Below are positions 16,939-26,280 of a DNA stretch of 64,000 bases, piece after piece. The stretch is from an uncultured Actinomycetes bacterium (GTDB taxonomy: Bacteria > Actinomycetota > Acidimicrobiia > IMCC26256 > PALSA-610): NCBI GenBank assembly GCA_963835455.1, contig CAWIFT010000005.1, positions 140,160-204,159 of the forward strand, in the 5' to 3' direction. The translations under genes and the position numbers were made by a program. Each line of letters begins with the position of its first letter. Within the stretch, counting starts at the first letter, position 1. The notes beneath the pieces were generated by a model. The model saw only the letters and a program-made list of their open reading frames with translations, had not been told where the DNA came from and did not search any database.

Positions 16939-18579
16939 CTAGAGCGGCGGACCGACGACGAGCTTGATGCTCGCGTCGTGGTGCGTACCCGCCGAGTCGA
17001 CCCAACCGACGTCGACGGTGTCGCCCGGGTGCAGATGCGAGAGGGTCTCCCGCAGCGCACCGTCGTCCGCGATGGCCTTGCCGTTGACGGAGACGATCAC
17101 GTCGTTCTGCTTGAGCCCGGCGGCCGCGGCACCCGTGCCGTCCTGCACGCCGACGACGAGGGCGCCCGAAGTTGCGGCGCTGCTGCCGTCGACCGGCTGG
17201 GCCGACACTCCGAGCATCGCCCGGTCGCCGATGTGGATCTTGTCGGTGTCGTTCCCGGTGCGGATCTGGCTGACGATGTTGACCGCGTTGTCGATCGGGA
17301 TCGCGAAGCCGACGTTCGAGCCCTGCGAGTTGTTGAACTGCCCGCCGCTACCTGCGGCGGCGGTGTTCATCCCGATGATCTTGCCGCTCGCATCGACCAG
17401 CGCGCCGCCCGAATCGCCGGGCTGGATCGGTGCGTTGATCTGGATCATGCCGTGGAGCGTCTCCTGCGAGCCGTTCTCGTCGCCCGCGGTGACCTGCTGG
17501 TTGAGCGCGGTTACCTGGCCCTGCGACGCCTTGGGCGTTCCGCCCTGTCCGAGTGCGTTCCCGATCGCGACGACCGGGTCGCCGATCTGGACCTTCGACG
17601 GCTCACCGAACACGACGGTCGGAAGGTTCGAGACGTTGTCGGTGATCTGGATCAGCGCGACGTCCTCGGTGACGTCGTAACCGACGACTTTGGCGTTGTG
17701 CGTGTCGCCGACTCCACCGATCGTCACCTTGATGCTCGTCGCGTCCGCGATCACGTGGTTGTTGGTGAGGATCTCGCCCGTCGACGAGATCAACATGCCC
17801 GTGCCCGCGGCGCGGCCCTGCGAGAGCGTCGTGTTGATGTTGACCAGCGCGGGGTCGACCTTGGATGCGATCGAGTTGACGTCGAGCGAGCCGGTACCGG
17901 GGTTGGTGTTCCCGGTGCCGCCCGAGTTGCCGTTGCCGTTCCCGAAGCCCGGGATGGTGAGGCCACCGCCGTTCGGGATCGTGAACCCGCCGTTGTTGCC
18001 GGAGGACCCGTTGTTGTTCGATCCGTTGTTCGCAGGAAGCGTGCCGCCGTTCGCGCTGAAGGTGTGGGTGCTGTCACCGTTGTGCACCGCCATCGCGACA
18101 CCGGCACCGACGCCGGCCGACGCGAGCACGAGCGCGAGCGCGGCGACGACCGCGAGACCGCGCCGCGCCTTGTTCGGTGTGGGCGCCATGGCTTCGGGCG
18201 CGGGCGCAACGGGCGGGGCCGGGGGCCAGGTGTACGGAGCCGAGGCGTAGGGACCGGGCGGCGCGTAAGGCCCGGGGGCCGCGTAGGGCCCGGACGCGGT
18301 GTACGGGCCGCCTTCGGTGTACGGGCCGGGCGCGGCGTACGGGCCGGACGAGGCGTACGGGTCCGGTTGCGTGGGCGGCCACGAGACGTGCTCGGCCGCG
18401 GGCGGCGGGGTTACCGCGGTGGGTTCGGTCGGCGCGGCCGGGGTCTCCGCGGTGGTTTCGTCGGCCTGCGCCCACGAGTACTGCGGCCAGTTGTGCTCGG
18501 CCGGCGGGGTCGCGCCCGCACCGGGCGACTCGCCGGAAGGCTCGCCGCCTGTGTTCCAGGTCTGGTCGGACTCACTCAT
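16939..18579 (-). CDS. htrA: HtrA/PepD-like trypsin serine protease with PDZ domain
   Basis: Pro-rich N-terminus, one TM, triad TNNHV / EDVAL / GDSGG, C-terminal PDZ. Confidence 0.9.
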   Translation of the reverse strand: MSESDQTWNTGGEPSGESPGAGATPPAEHNWPQYSWAQADETTAETPAAPTEPTAVTPPPAAEHVSWPPTQPDPYASSGPYAAPGPYTEGGPYTASGPYAAPGPYAPPGPYASAPYTWPPAPPVAPAPEAMAPTPNKARRGLAVVAALALVLASAGVGAGVAMAVHNGDSTHTFSANGGTLPANNGSNNNGSSGNNGGFTIPNGGGLTIPGFGNGNGNSGGTGNTNPGTGSLDVNSIASKVDPALVNINTTLSQGRAAGTGMLISSTGEILTNNHVIADATSIKVTIGGVGDTHNAKVVGYDVTEDVALIQITDNVSNLPTVVFGEPSKVQIGDPVVAIGNALGQGGTPKASQGQVTALNQQVTAGDENGSQETLHGMIQINAPIQPGDSGGALVDASGKIIGMNTAAAGSGGQFNNSQGSNVGFAIPIDNAVNIVSQIRTGNDTDKIHIGDRAMLGVSAQPVDGSSAATSGALVVGVQDGTGAAAAGLKQNDVIVSVNGKAIADDGALRETLSHLHPGDTVDVGWVDSAGTHHDASIKLVVGPPL

Positions 18580-19345
18580 CGGTGCATGCCTCGACTTCGT
18601 ACGGTTGCGCCCGGGTGGCGCTCCTGGAAACGATTCTTCCCGCCCGGTTTGGGATTGACCTGTGAGTCAGCTGGACGATTCCCCCGAATTTCGCGGGCCA
18701 GAGCGGTTCGGGCACCTCGAAACCGAGTGGTGCGCCCCAATGATTGCGGAACGACACTTCGTGCACCGGTCGGCGCGCCGCGACCCCCCACCTTCCCGTC
18801 GGATACCCGAAGGTCACACATGAGGAGAACAACCAACCTTCGGGCTTCGGTACTCCCAGAATGTCGAGGACGCGGTCGAGTTGGAACACGAACACGCTCG
18901 TCAGCGACGCGCCGATCCCCTCGGCGCGGGCCGCGAGCATCGCCGACCAGGTTGCGGGAAAGATCGAACCGCCCGTCGGGTCGAACTGCACGAAGCTGAA
19001 CAACAACAGCGGGTACTCCTCGAAGTGATCCGCCAGATGTTGCGCCGAACGTTGGATGCGCAGCATCTCCGCGCTCTCGGGCGCGTCGGGGTTCGCGTTG
19101 GCCGCGTCGAGGCGATCCTTGTAGATCGTCACCCACAGCTGCGCGAGACACTCGCGGTAGATCGGTCCGAGCTCTGCCTTCACGGCGGCGTCGTCGACCA
19201 ACATGAATCGCCAGTTCTGCGTGTTGCCGCCGCTCGGCGCGCGTACCGCCGCGTCGAGAATGCGTTGCTGGGCATCGAGCGGAATCGGGTCGGGCCGGCA
19301 ACGCCGCATGGCGCGCGTCGTGTAGAGCGCTTCGTACACGTCCAT
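18572..19345 (-). CDS. Nitroreductase family protein (last ~40 codons probably spurious read-through)
   Basis: TTRAMRR, AAVRAPSGGNTQNWRF, SIFPA...LAARAEGIG, FGYP. Confidence 0.85.
   Translation of the reverse strand: MDVYEALYTTRAMRRCRPDPIPLDAQQRILDAAVRAPSGGNTQNWRFMLVDDAAVKAELGPIYRECLAQLWVTIYKDRLDAANANPDAPESAEMLRIQRSAQHLADHFEEYPLLLFSFVQFDPTGGSIFPATWSAMLAARAEGIGASLTSVFVFQLDRVLDILGVPKPEGWLFSSCVTFGYPTGRWGVAARRPVHEVSFRNHWGAPLGFEVPEPLWPAKFGGIVQLTHRSIPNRAGRIVSRSATRAQPYEVEACTDE
18649..18676 (-). promoter_or_regulatory. MprA-like (OmpR-family) direct-repeat operator upstream of htrA
   Basis: Minus strand GTCCAG-N5-TCACAG-N5-TCCCAA, 11-bp period; resembles TCTCAG-N5-TCTCAG. Confidence 0.45.
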
Positions 19346-19371
19346 CGAGTTCTCCGTTTGTCCGGTGGTCG

Positions 19372-20334
19372 CTACCAGGCGTAGGCCTCGGGCGCGCGAC
19401 CGCCCGGGCCCGGAAAGATCTCGTCGAGCGCGGTGAGCGTCGCGTCCTCGAGGGTGAGCTCGAGCGCGCGCAGTGACGCGCCTTCGAGTTGCGCGAGCGT
19501 ACGCGGCCCGATGATCGGTCCGGTCACGCCCTTCTGCTGCAACAACCACGCGAGCGCGACAGCGGCCGGTTCCTCGCCGAGGTCGGCGCAGAGCTTCTCC
19601 CACTGTTCGAGCCGCGGGCGCATCTGCTCGTAGCGCGGCTGCACGCTCTTGCGGCGCGCGGTGTCGGAGCCGGTCCCGCCCAACATGCCACCCGCGAGCG
19701 GGCTCCACGGAATGACGCCGAGGCCGTAGGCGCGGCACGCGGGCAGCACTTCGAGCTCGATCGTGCGGGACGCGAGGTTGTAGAGGCTCTGCTCGCTCAC
19801 GAGGCCGAGGAAGTGCCGGGCGTTGGCTGCTTCGTTCGCCTGCGCGATGTGCCAGCCCGCGAAGTTGCTGCTGCCGACGTAGACGACCTTGCCCTGCTGG
19901 ACGAGCGTCTCCATCGCCTGCCAGACCTCGTCCCACGGCGCGGCGCGGTCGATGTGGTGCATCTGGTAGAGGTCGATGTGGTCCGTCTGCAGCCGGCGGA
20001 GACTCTCGTCGCACGCGGCGCGGATGTGCCGCGACGACAGGCCGCCGTCGTTCGGCCATTCCGTCATCGGACCGAACACCTTCGTCGCGAGCACCACCTT
20101 CTCGCGCCGCCCGCCACCCTGCGCGAACCAGCGGCCGACGATCTCTTCGGTCGCGCCGGGGCCCTTCGGTCCGCCGTAGCGGTTGGCGGTGTCGAAGAAG
20201 TTGATGCCGAGCTCGAGCGCGCGGTCCATGATCGCGTACGAGTCCGGCTCGCTCGTGAGGGGGCCGAAGTTCATCGTGCCGAGGCAGATCGGGCTGACGC
20301 GCAGCGCCGTACGTCCGAGACGTCGATATTCCAT
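19372..20334 (-). CDS. Aldo/keto reductase
   Basis: LGTMNFG, DTANRY, LATK, SLRRLQTDHIDLYQMHH, WSPLAGG. Confidence 0.92.
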   Translation of the reverse strand: MEYRRLGRTALRVSPICLGTMNFGPLTSEPDSYAIMDRALELGINFFDTANRYGGPKGPGATEEIVGRWFAQGGGRREKVVLATKVFGPMTEWPNDGGLSSRHIRAACDESLRRLQTDHIDLYQMHHIDRAAPWDEVWQAMETLVQQGKVVYVGSSNFAGWHIAQANEAANARHFLGLVSEQSLYNLASRTIELEVLPACRAYGLGVIPWSPLAGGMLGGTGSDTARRKSVQPRYEQMRPRLEQWEKLCADLGEEPAAVALAWLLQQKGVTGPIIGPRTLAQLEGASLRALELTLEDATLTALDEIFPGPGGRAPEAYAW

Positions 20335-20397
20335 GGGGCGACGCTACCCACGGGATGCCGCGTTGCCAAAGCCTGTCCGGGGCGGCAGGCTCCGGTG

Positions 20398-21522
20398 ATG
20401 AGAAGACCTGCCGTCATCGTCTGCTGCGCCTTGGCGATCGGCGCGTGCTCTTCGTCGTCGAAGCCGGCCGCGAGCCCGCCGAGCAGCCGCGCCACGACGA
20501 CGACGACAACCGTCGTCACCGGTCCGAGGTCGATCGGGCACGTGTTCGTGATCAACCTCGAGAACGAGGACTACAACACCACGTGGGGGGACACGTCGCC
20601 GGCGCGCTACCTCAACTCGACGCTGGTTCCGCAAGGGAAGTTGTTGACGCAGTATCACGGCATCGGTCATGTCAGCCTCGACAACTACATCGCCGAGATC
20701 AGTGGTCAGTCGCCCAACCCGTCGACACAGTCCGACTGTGTCAACTACGTCGAGTTCGCGGCGACGGGTATCGGTCAGTACGGTCAGGCGCTCGGACAAG
20801 GCTGTGTGTATCCGAAGTCGGTGACGACCGTCGCGGATCAGCTCACGGCCGCGGGCAAGACGTGGCGTTCGTATCAGGAGGACATGGGCGAGCCGTGCCG
20901 TCATCCGGCGATCGGCTCGACCGACGACACGGTTGTCGCGCGCAAGGGCGACATGTACGCCACGCGGCACAATCCGTTCGTCTACTTCCACTCGATCATC
21001 GACACGCCGGCGTGCACGCAGAACGTCGTCGACTTCGATCAGTTCGCGACCGACCTGCAGTCGACCGCCACGACCCCGAACTTCTCGTTCATCACGCCCA
21101 ACCTGTGTCACGACGGTCACGACTCGCCGTGCGTCGACGGCGAGCCGGGCGGACTCGTCTCCGCCGACCGGTTCCTGGCCGCCCTGGTCCCGAAGATCCT
21201 GGCCTCGCCCGCGTACAAGGCCGACGGCATGCTGGTGATCACCGTCGACGAAGCGGCCATCACGAGCACGGCGGCGTGTTGTCACACCCCGCGGTCACCG
21301 AATGCCGCCAAGCCGGGGCTCAATGGGCCGGGCGGTGGACGGATCGGAACGCTCCTCCTGTCACCGACCGTGAAGGCCGGAACCTCCGACGCCACTCCGT
21401 ACAACCACTACGCGTTGTTGTGCAGCATCGAGGACATGTTCGCCCTGAAGCATCTCGGCTTCGCCGGCGCGCCGGGTCTGGCGTGCTTCGGAAAGGACGT
21501 CTACGACGCGCCCGGCAATTGA
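20398..21522 (+). CDS. Phosphoesterase family (acid phosphatase/phospholipase C-like) lipoprotein
   Basis: Lipobox IGAC; HVFVINLEN, SLDNY, YATRHNPF, PNLCHDGHD, ITVDE, YNHYALL. Confidence 0.87.
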   Translation: MRRPAVIVCCALAIGACSSSSKPAASPPSSRATTTTTTVVTGPRSIGHVFVINLENEDYNTTWGDTSPARYLNSTLVPQGKLLTQYHGIGHVSLDNYIAEISGQSPNPSTQSDCVNYVEFAATGIGQYGQALGQGCVYPKSVTTVADQLTAAGKTWRSYQEDMGEPCRHPAIGSTDDTVVARKGDMYATRHNPFVYFHSIIDTPACTQNVVDFDQFATDLQSTATTPNFSFITPNLCHDGHDSPCVDGEPGGLVSADRFLAALVPKILASPAYKADGMLVITVDEAAITSTAACCHTPRSPNAAKPGLNGPGGGRIGTLLLSPTVKAGTSDATPYNHYALLCSIEDMFALKHLGFAGAPGLACFGKDVYDAPGN

Positions 21523-21674
21523 TTGTTTGTAAATGCGCCCGTTCGCGCCACCAGTCCGAAACTGTTCGCGTGCACAACGACCACTCACAGTCGAAGTGAG
21601 AACGGATATTTGTACAAAGCGGTGTCGAGTTTGTTTTTACTGAGTGTGCCGAGGTGTGCGAGGGTTGGAGGGTG

Positions 21675-21809
21675 GTGAACGCCTTCGTCTTCGTGGCACT
21701 CCTCGCGCTGATCTCGGCGCTGTGGTTCTCGTCGCCGCGACGGAGGTTGTTGCGCCGCAAGGTGCGGCGCGCGGCACGACGCCGCGGGTTGCTCAGATCT
21801 TCGAGATGA
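21675..21809 (+). CDS. Putative small membrane protein (44 aa)
   Basis: Purine-rich GGAGG upstream; MNAFVFVALLALISALWFSSP followed by Arg-rich tail; below ORF-track cutoff. Confidence 0.4.
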   Translation: MNAFVFVALLALISALWFSSPRRRLLRRKVRRAARRRGLLRSSR

Positions 21810-22665
21810 CCGAGTCTGCGAAGCGGCTGAGAAGGTCGATCTTGTCCGACAGCGGTTGCGTGTCGGGCTCCGTCGTATAGGGATAGCGGAAGCCGACGAT
21901 CACGTCGGTCACGCCGAGATCTTCGAGCTTGTGCACGCCGTCGACCGAGAACGCGTCGAGCGAGATCGCGTGCACCTCGAAGGGTTCCGACGCGCGGCCG
22001 TACTCCTCGCGCAGCGCGTGGACGCGTTGCACCATCTTCCCGAGGTCGGCGGGATCGCCGCCCGCGTGGATCCAGCCGTCGCCCTGGCGGGCCGCGCGCC
22101 GGAGCGCGACATCCGCGTGGCCGCCGATGAGGAGCGGGATCGGGGTCTCGGGCGTCGGACAGATCTTGCAACGCTCGAGGTCGACGAGTTCGCCGTGGTA
22201 TTCGAACCAGCCGCCGGCCATGAGGCCGCGCAGCACGTCGACCATCTCGTCCATGCGCTTGCCCCGTCGTTCCCACGCCACGTCCATGGCGGCGAAGTCT
22301 TCGGGCCACGGACTGATGCCGACGCCGAGGCGCAAACGGTCGTCGCAGAGCACGCCGATGCTCGCGGCCTGCTTCGCGACCAGCACGACGGGCCGCACCG
22401 CGAGCTTCAGCACGAACGTGGTGAAGAGGATGCGGCTCGTGCGGGCGGCGAGATAGGGGATGAGCGTGAAGGGCTCGATGATCGGCTTGTCCTCGAGGAA
22501 CGCACGGTCGCCGTCGGCGGTGTACGGGTAGAGCGTGTCCGACGCGGCCGGGAAGATCAGGCTGTCGGGCACCACGAACGAGTCGTAGCCCGCGTCCTCG
22601 GCGGCCTGCGCGAGCGGCGCGAGGAACATGGGGTCACAGAAGGTCTCGGCGTAGCTGAATCGCAT
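21793..22665 (-). CDS. F420-dependent LLM-class oxidoreductase (Rv2161c-like)
   Basis: MRFSYAE, VPDS...YPY, KQAASI, LGVGISPWPEDF, IGGH, GDGW. Confidence 0.9.
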   Translation of the reverse strand: MRFSYAETFCDPMFLAPLAQAAEDAGYDSFVVPDSLIFPAASDTLYPYTADGDRAFLEDKPIIEPFTLIPYLAARTSRILFTTFVLKLAVRPVVLVAKQAASIGVLCDDRLRLGVGISPWPEDFAAMDVAWERRGKRMDEMVDVLRGLMAGGWFEYHGELVDLERCKICPTPETPIPLLIGGHADVALRRAARQGDGWIHAGGDPADLGKMVQRVHALREEYGRASEPFEVHAISLDAFSVDGVHKLEDLGVTDVIVGFRYPYTTEPDTQPLSDKIDLLSRFADSVISKI

Positions 22666-22689
22666 GGGCGTGATCATGCCCGACGCGCA

Positions 22690-25587
22690 CTACGCGGTTC
22701 GCTTCCGGCGCCGGATCACAACCACGAGCACCGCCGTCGCCAGCCCGGCCAGCACCACGATCGCCACGGTGGCGGTGGTCGTCGACCCGGCGGTCGACGA
22801 CGAGGATCCGGCGGCCCGGGCGGTGGGCGGGGAGCCGGCGAAGGCGTAGTGGCCGGAACCGACGGTCATCACGACGTCGCCGCGTGCGGCCCGCACCTCG
22901 GAGATGCCGGGATCGTCGACGACGCTGCGGCCACCCTCGTTCACCGCGGCGACGCCCGACCCGGCCAGGTGCACCGTGGCGGTGACGTTCGCGGGGATCG
23001 TCACGTCGATCGTCTCGCGCCCGGAGGCGGCGCGGGTCCAGGTGACGGGGATCGGTCCGCGCTGCGTCGACACGACCCCACTCGCGCGCGTGAGGCTCGT
23101 CGCGGGGATCTGCACTGCGACGCTCGCGCCTCCGGGCGCGGTGACGCGCACGCCGAGCACGTCTTCTTGGAGCACCGCGAGCACGGTCGCTCCCCATCCG
23201 TGCGATTCGCTGTCGCCGGTCTGACGCGCATCCCAACTCTCCCACGTGAAGGTCGCGCCTTCCTTCAGGATCTGCGCGTACCCCGGGCGGTCGGGGTCGG
23301 TGAGTGCGGCGACGAGTGCATCGTCCCGACCGCTCACGTGGAAAGCGTCGAGGAGCACGCGGTAGTTCACCACGCCCATCTGCGTGCCCAACCGGATGGC
23401 GTAGTCGGCGACGGTGCGCACTTGCGCGGCCGGGACCATGCCGAACGCCAGGGCGAACGCATTCGCCTGTTGCGAAGCATGCGCGCTCGGCGTTCCGTCG
23501 GCGTGGAGGCCGTCGACGAAGATGCCGTCGGGGCGCGTGAGTCGTCTGCGTATCGCTTCGCCCAATCGAGCCGCGCGCCCCGCGGACTGTTCGACCTCGG
23601 TGGCCGGCCGACCGAGGGCCTGAGCCATCGCCGCCGCCCGCCGGAACGCGTTCGCGGCCATCACGTTGAGCGTGGTGCGCGCGGCCGTGTCCATGTCGTA
23701 GCCGTAGCGCATCTGCGGCGGCCAGTCGACGAGGCCGTAGAGATAGTCGCCGCCACCGCCCGGCAGGTTCGTGACGAGACCGGTCTTCGGATCGATCGCG
23801 CGCGCGAGGTAGCCGGTGATGTTGCGGACGACGGGGTACAGCGCCGCGAGTTGCACGCGGTCGCCGGTCGTCATCCAGTACTTCCAGACCCAGTCGACGT
23901 AGTCCTCGGTCGAGTCGGGTATGTCGCGCTTGTCGTCGCCGTTCGGATACACCGCGTTGACCCGGCCGTCGGGCCAGTAGCGCGCCTGCGAGCGCGCGAA
24001 GTCGCGGAGCGCCTGGTCGGTGAGTGCCCGCTCTCCGAACGCGGCCATGGCCGCCTGCGATACGTCGTACGAGTCGCCGAGGAACGGCCCCTTCTCGCGC
24101 GTGGGCGTGTCGAGGAACTGTTCCTGCGCGTCGTACAGCGCCGAATGGCGGGCGAGGTCCCAGACCGCGTCGATCCGAGGGCTCGACGTCTGGAAACGGG
24201 CCGCGTTCTCGTCCGGCATGTTCGCGTGGCGGGCCGCGATCGTGACATCACCGCGGGTCAGTGCCTCGTCCGCACCGTCGACCTCGAGATAACGGAACCC
24301 GAGGTACCCGAACGGGCGCAGTTGCTGCGCACCGTTGCGTTCGTCGAAGTCCCAGTGCATGTCGGTCTCCTGATGACCGCGCGTCGTCGACACGTGACCG
24401 TCGGGGTCGAGGAGGTCGCCGGACACGAGCTTCACGGGCCGACCGGAAACGCCGTGCGCGATCTCGACGACGGGCGTGGCCGCGGTGACCGTGCCGAAAT
24501 CGGCAACGTACGCACCGTTACCGAGGCGCGTGAACGAGCGCGGGGCGACCGTGCCGTAGACGATGTGCGTCCGCGCCGGGACGAGGTGGCGGAAGAGCGT
24601 CCAGGGATGGGTTCCGAGAACCGTCGGCGGCAACCACCCGCGGTCGTCGAAACCGGGCCGATCCCAACCGACGGGATCGAGGCGTTCATCGACGTGTTCG
24701 ACGAAGTCGCCCTCGTCGTTGCGGGGCGGGCCCGGAATCCACGGTCCGGTGTGCGTACGCCAGGTTGCGTCGGTCGGGATCACGACGCGTCTTCCGTCGG
24801 CGTAGTCGACGGTGATGTGCGCGATGAACGCTTCCGGTGACGGCGGCCGTCCCTGGCCCGCCAACGACCAGTGGGTGACGAACGCGAACGCGTTCGGAAC
24901 GCCCGGCCGCACAAGGTTCGTGACGTCGGTGGTCTCGTAGTACTGCTCGTCCGGATACGAGAACGACGGACCCTGCGCGGCTCGCGTCCCGTTGACCCGC
25001 AACTCGTACTGCTGGCCCGCGGCCGCGTACACGCGGGCGCGCACGATCGCGCCCTCGCCGAGCGTCGTCTCCTTGCGCAACAACGAGAAGTCGTCCGGTT
25101 GCGCCGCAAGCGCTCCGCCGCGGCGGATCCACGACGCGTGCCAATCGCGGTCGCCGAGACCGGTGTCGAAGTGGGCGTCGGGTGCGTACGGCCCGAACTC
25201 GCCCGCGGCGTCCTGCGTTCGCACGGTCCACCAGTAACGGTGGTCGGGCGCAAGCTCCAGCCCCGGCGCGAGCACGTATGACTGCTGACGACTCGCGGTC
25301 GGTCCGCTGTCGAACAGCACCTTGTGGTCGCCGGAAATCGGCGCGTCGCTCACGATGAGTTCGTAGCCCCGTTGGGTCTCGTTGCGATCGGGGTCGTTGA
25401 CGATCCAGCCGAACGCGGGGGCGCCGGAGACCGCGAGCGGCGCGCCGTCGTCGTCGACGGTCAGGCCGGTCGGCGCGGCGGGTGGCCGATCGGCCGCCGC
25501 GGCCTGCATCGCCGATCCGCCGGTCGCCATCGTGATCGCGACGACAACGCCGATCGTGACGCCTCGCCGAACGATCTCCCGCCGCAC
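22690..25587 (-). CDS. GH78 alpha-L-rhamnosidase-like glycoside hydrolase, secreted with C-terminal membrane anchor
   Basis: Signal peptide; DTPTREKG, GATFTWESW, SESHGWG; C-terminal TM followed by RRRKR. Confidence 0.85.
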   Translation of the reverse strand: MRREIVRRGVTIGVVVAITMATGGSAMQAAAADRPPAAPTGLTVDDDGAPLAVSGAPAFGWIVNDPDRNETQRGYELIVSDAPISGDHKVLFDSGPTASRQQSYVLAPGLELAPDHRYWWTVRTQDAAGEFGPYAPDAHFDTGLGDRDWHASWIRRGGALAAQPDDFSLLRKETTLGEGAIVRARVYAAAGQQYELRVNGTRAAQGPSFSYPDEQYYETTDVTNLVRPGVPNAFAFVTHWSLAGQGRPPSPEAFIAHITVDYADGRRVVIPTDATWRTHTGPWIPGPPRNDEGDFVEHVDERLDPVGWDRPGFDDRGWLPPTVLGTHPWTLFRHLVPARTHIVYGTVAPRSFTRLGNGAYVADFGTVTAATPVVEIAHGVSGRPVKLVSGDLLDPDGHVSTTRGHQETDMHWDFDERNGAQQLRPFGYLGFRYLEVDGADEALTRGDVTIAARHANMPDENAARFQTSSPRIDAVWDLARHSALYDAQEQFLDTPTREKGPFLGDSYDVSQAAMAAFGERALTDQALRDFARSQARYWPDGRVNAVYPNGDDKRDIPDSTEDYVDWVWKYWMTTGDRVQLAALYPVVRNITGYLARAIDPKTGLVTNLPGGGGDYLYGLVDWPPQMRYGYDMDTAARTTLNVMAANAFRRAAAMAQALGRPATEVEQSAGRAARLGEAIRRRLTRPDGIFVDGLHADGTPSAHASQQANAFALAFGMVPAAQVRTVADYAIRLGTQMGVVNYRVLLDAFHVSGRDDALVAALTDPDRPGYAQILKEGATFTWESWDARQTGDSESHGWGATVLAVLQEDVLGVRVTAPGGASVAVQIPATSLTRASGVVSTQRGPIPVTWTRAASGRETIDVTIPANVTATVHLAGSGVAAVNEGGRSVVDDPGISEVRAARGDVVMTVGSGHYAFAGSPPTARAAGSSSSTAGSTTTATVAIVVLAGLATAVLVVVIRRRKRTA

Positions 25588-25692
25588 GCGCGGAGTCTGT
25601 CACCCACGTGGATCGCGCGGCGGCCGGCTACTGGCGGGCTCCGCCGGCCGCGTGCCTGGAGATTGGCCCCGCGTGCGTAAAGATTGGCGCCG

Positions 25693-26280
25693 ATGCTCAT
25701 ACAGATCCGCTTCCGCGACGCGATCGCAGACGGTCGCGTCACGCTGACCTTCCGGCGGTGGCGCCGCCCGCAGGTGGTGCCGGGGAACACGTATCGCACG
25801 GCCGCGGGCCGCATCGTCGTCGAGGCCGTCGACGTCGTCGACCCGGAGCGCATCTCCACCGCCGACGCGAAGCGCGCGGGGTTCGGTTCTCGGGCCGAGG
25901 TGATTGCCGCGCTCCGGGGTGAACCCGATCTGCCGACCTATCGCGTGCGCTTCCGCGCCGCGGAGGGGCCCGATCCGCGCGCCGAGCTCGCGGCGACGGC
26001 CGACCTCTCCACCGCGGAGGTCGACGAGCTGCGCCGCCGGCTGGCGCGCCTCGACCGGGCGAGCTCGCGCGGCCCGTGGACGACGGCGGTGTTGGAGGTG
26101 ATCGCCGAACGGCCGGCCGTGCGTGCCGCGGATCTCGCGGCGGGTTTCGGTCGCGAGACGCAGCCGTTCAAGCTCGACGTACGCAAGCTGAAGAACCTCG
26201 GGCTGACGCTCAGCCTCGAGGTCGGATACTTGTTGTCACCGCGTGGCGAGGCGTACCTCGCGGCCGTTCACGCGTCGTAG
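25693..26280 (+). CDS. ASCH domain-containing protein with C-terminal HTH-like region
   Basis: IADGRVTLTFRRW, DAKRAGF; C-terminal FKLDVRKLKNLGLTLSLEVGYLLSPRG. Confidence 0.7.
   Translation: MLIQIRFRDAIADGRVTLTFRRWRRPQVVPGNTYRTAAGRIVVEAVDVVDPERISTADAKRAGFGSRAEVIAALRGEPDLPTYRVRFRAAEGPDPRAELAATADLSTAEVDELRRRLARLDRASSRGPWTTAVLEVIAERPAVRAADLAAGFGRETQPFKLDVRKLKNLGLTLSLEVGYLLSPRGEAYLAAVHAS

Noticed and set aside
21856-24840. Long antisense ORFs (e.g. 994 aa here, also 3993-6482 and 16897-18999)
   Set aside because: Shadow frames of real genes in high-GC DNA, without recognisable motifs.
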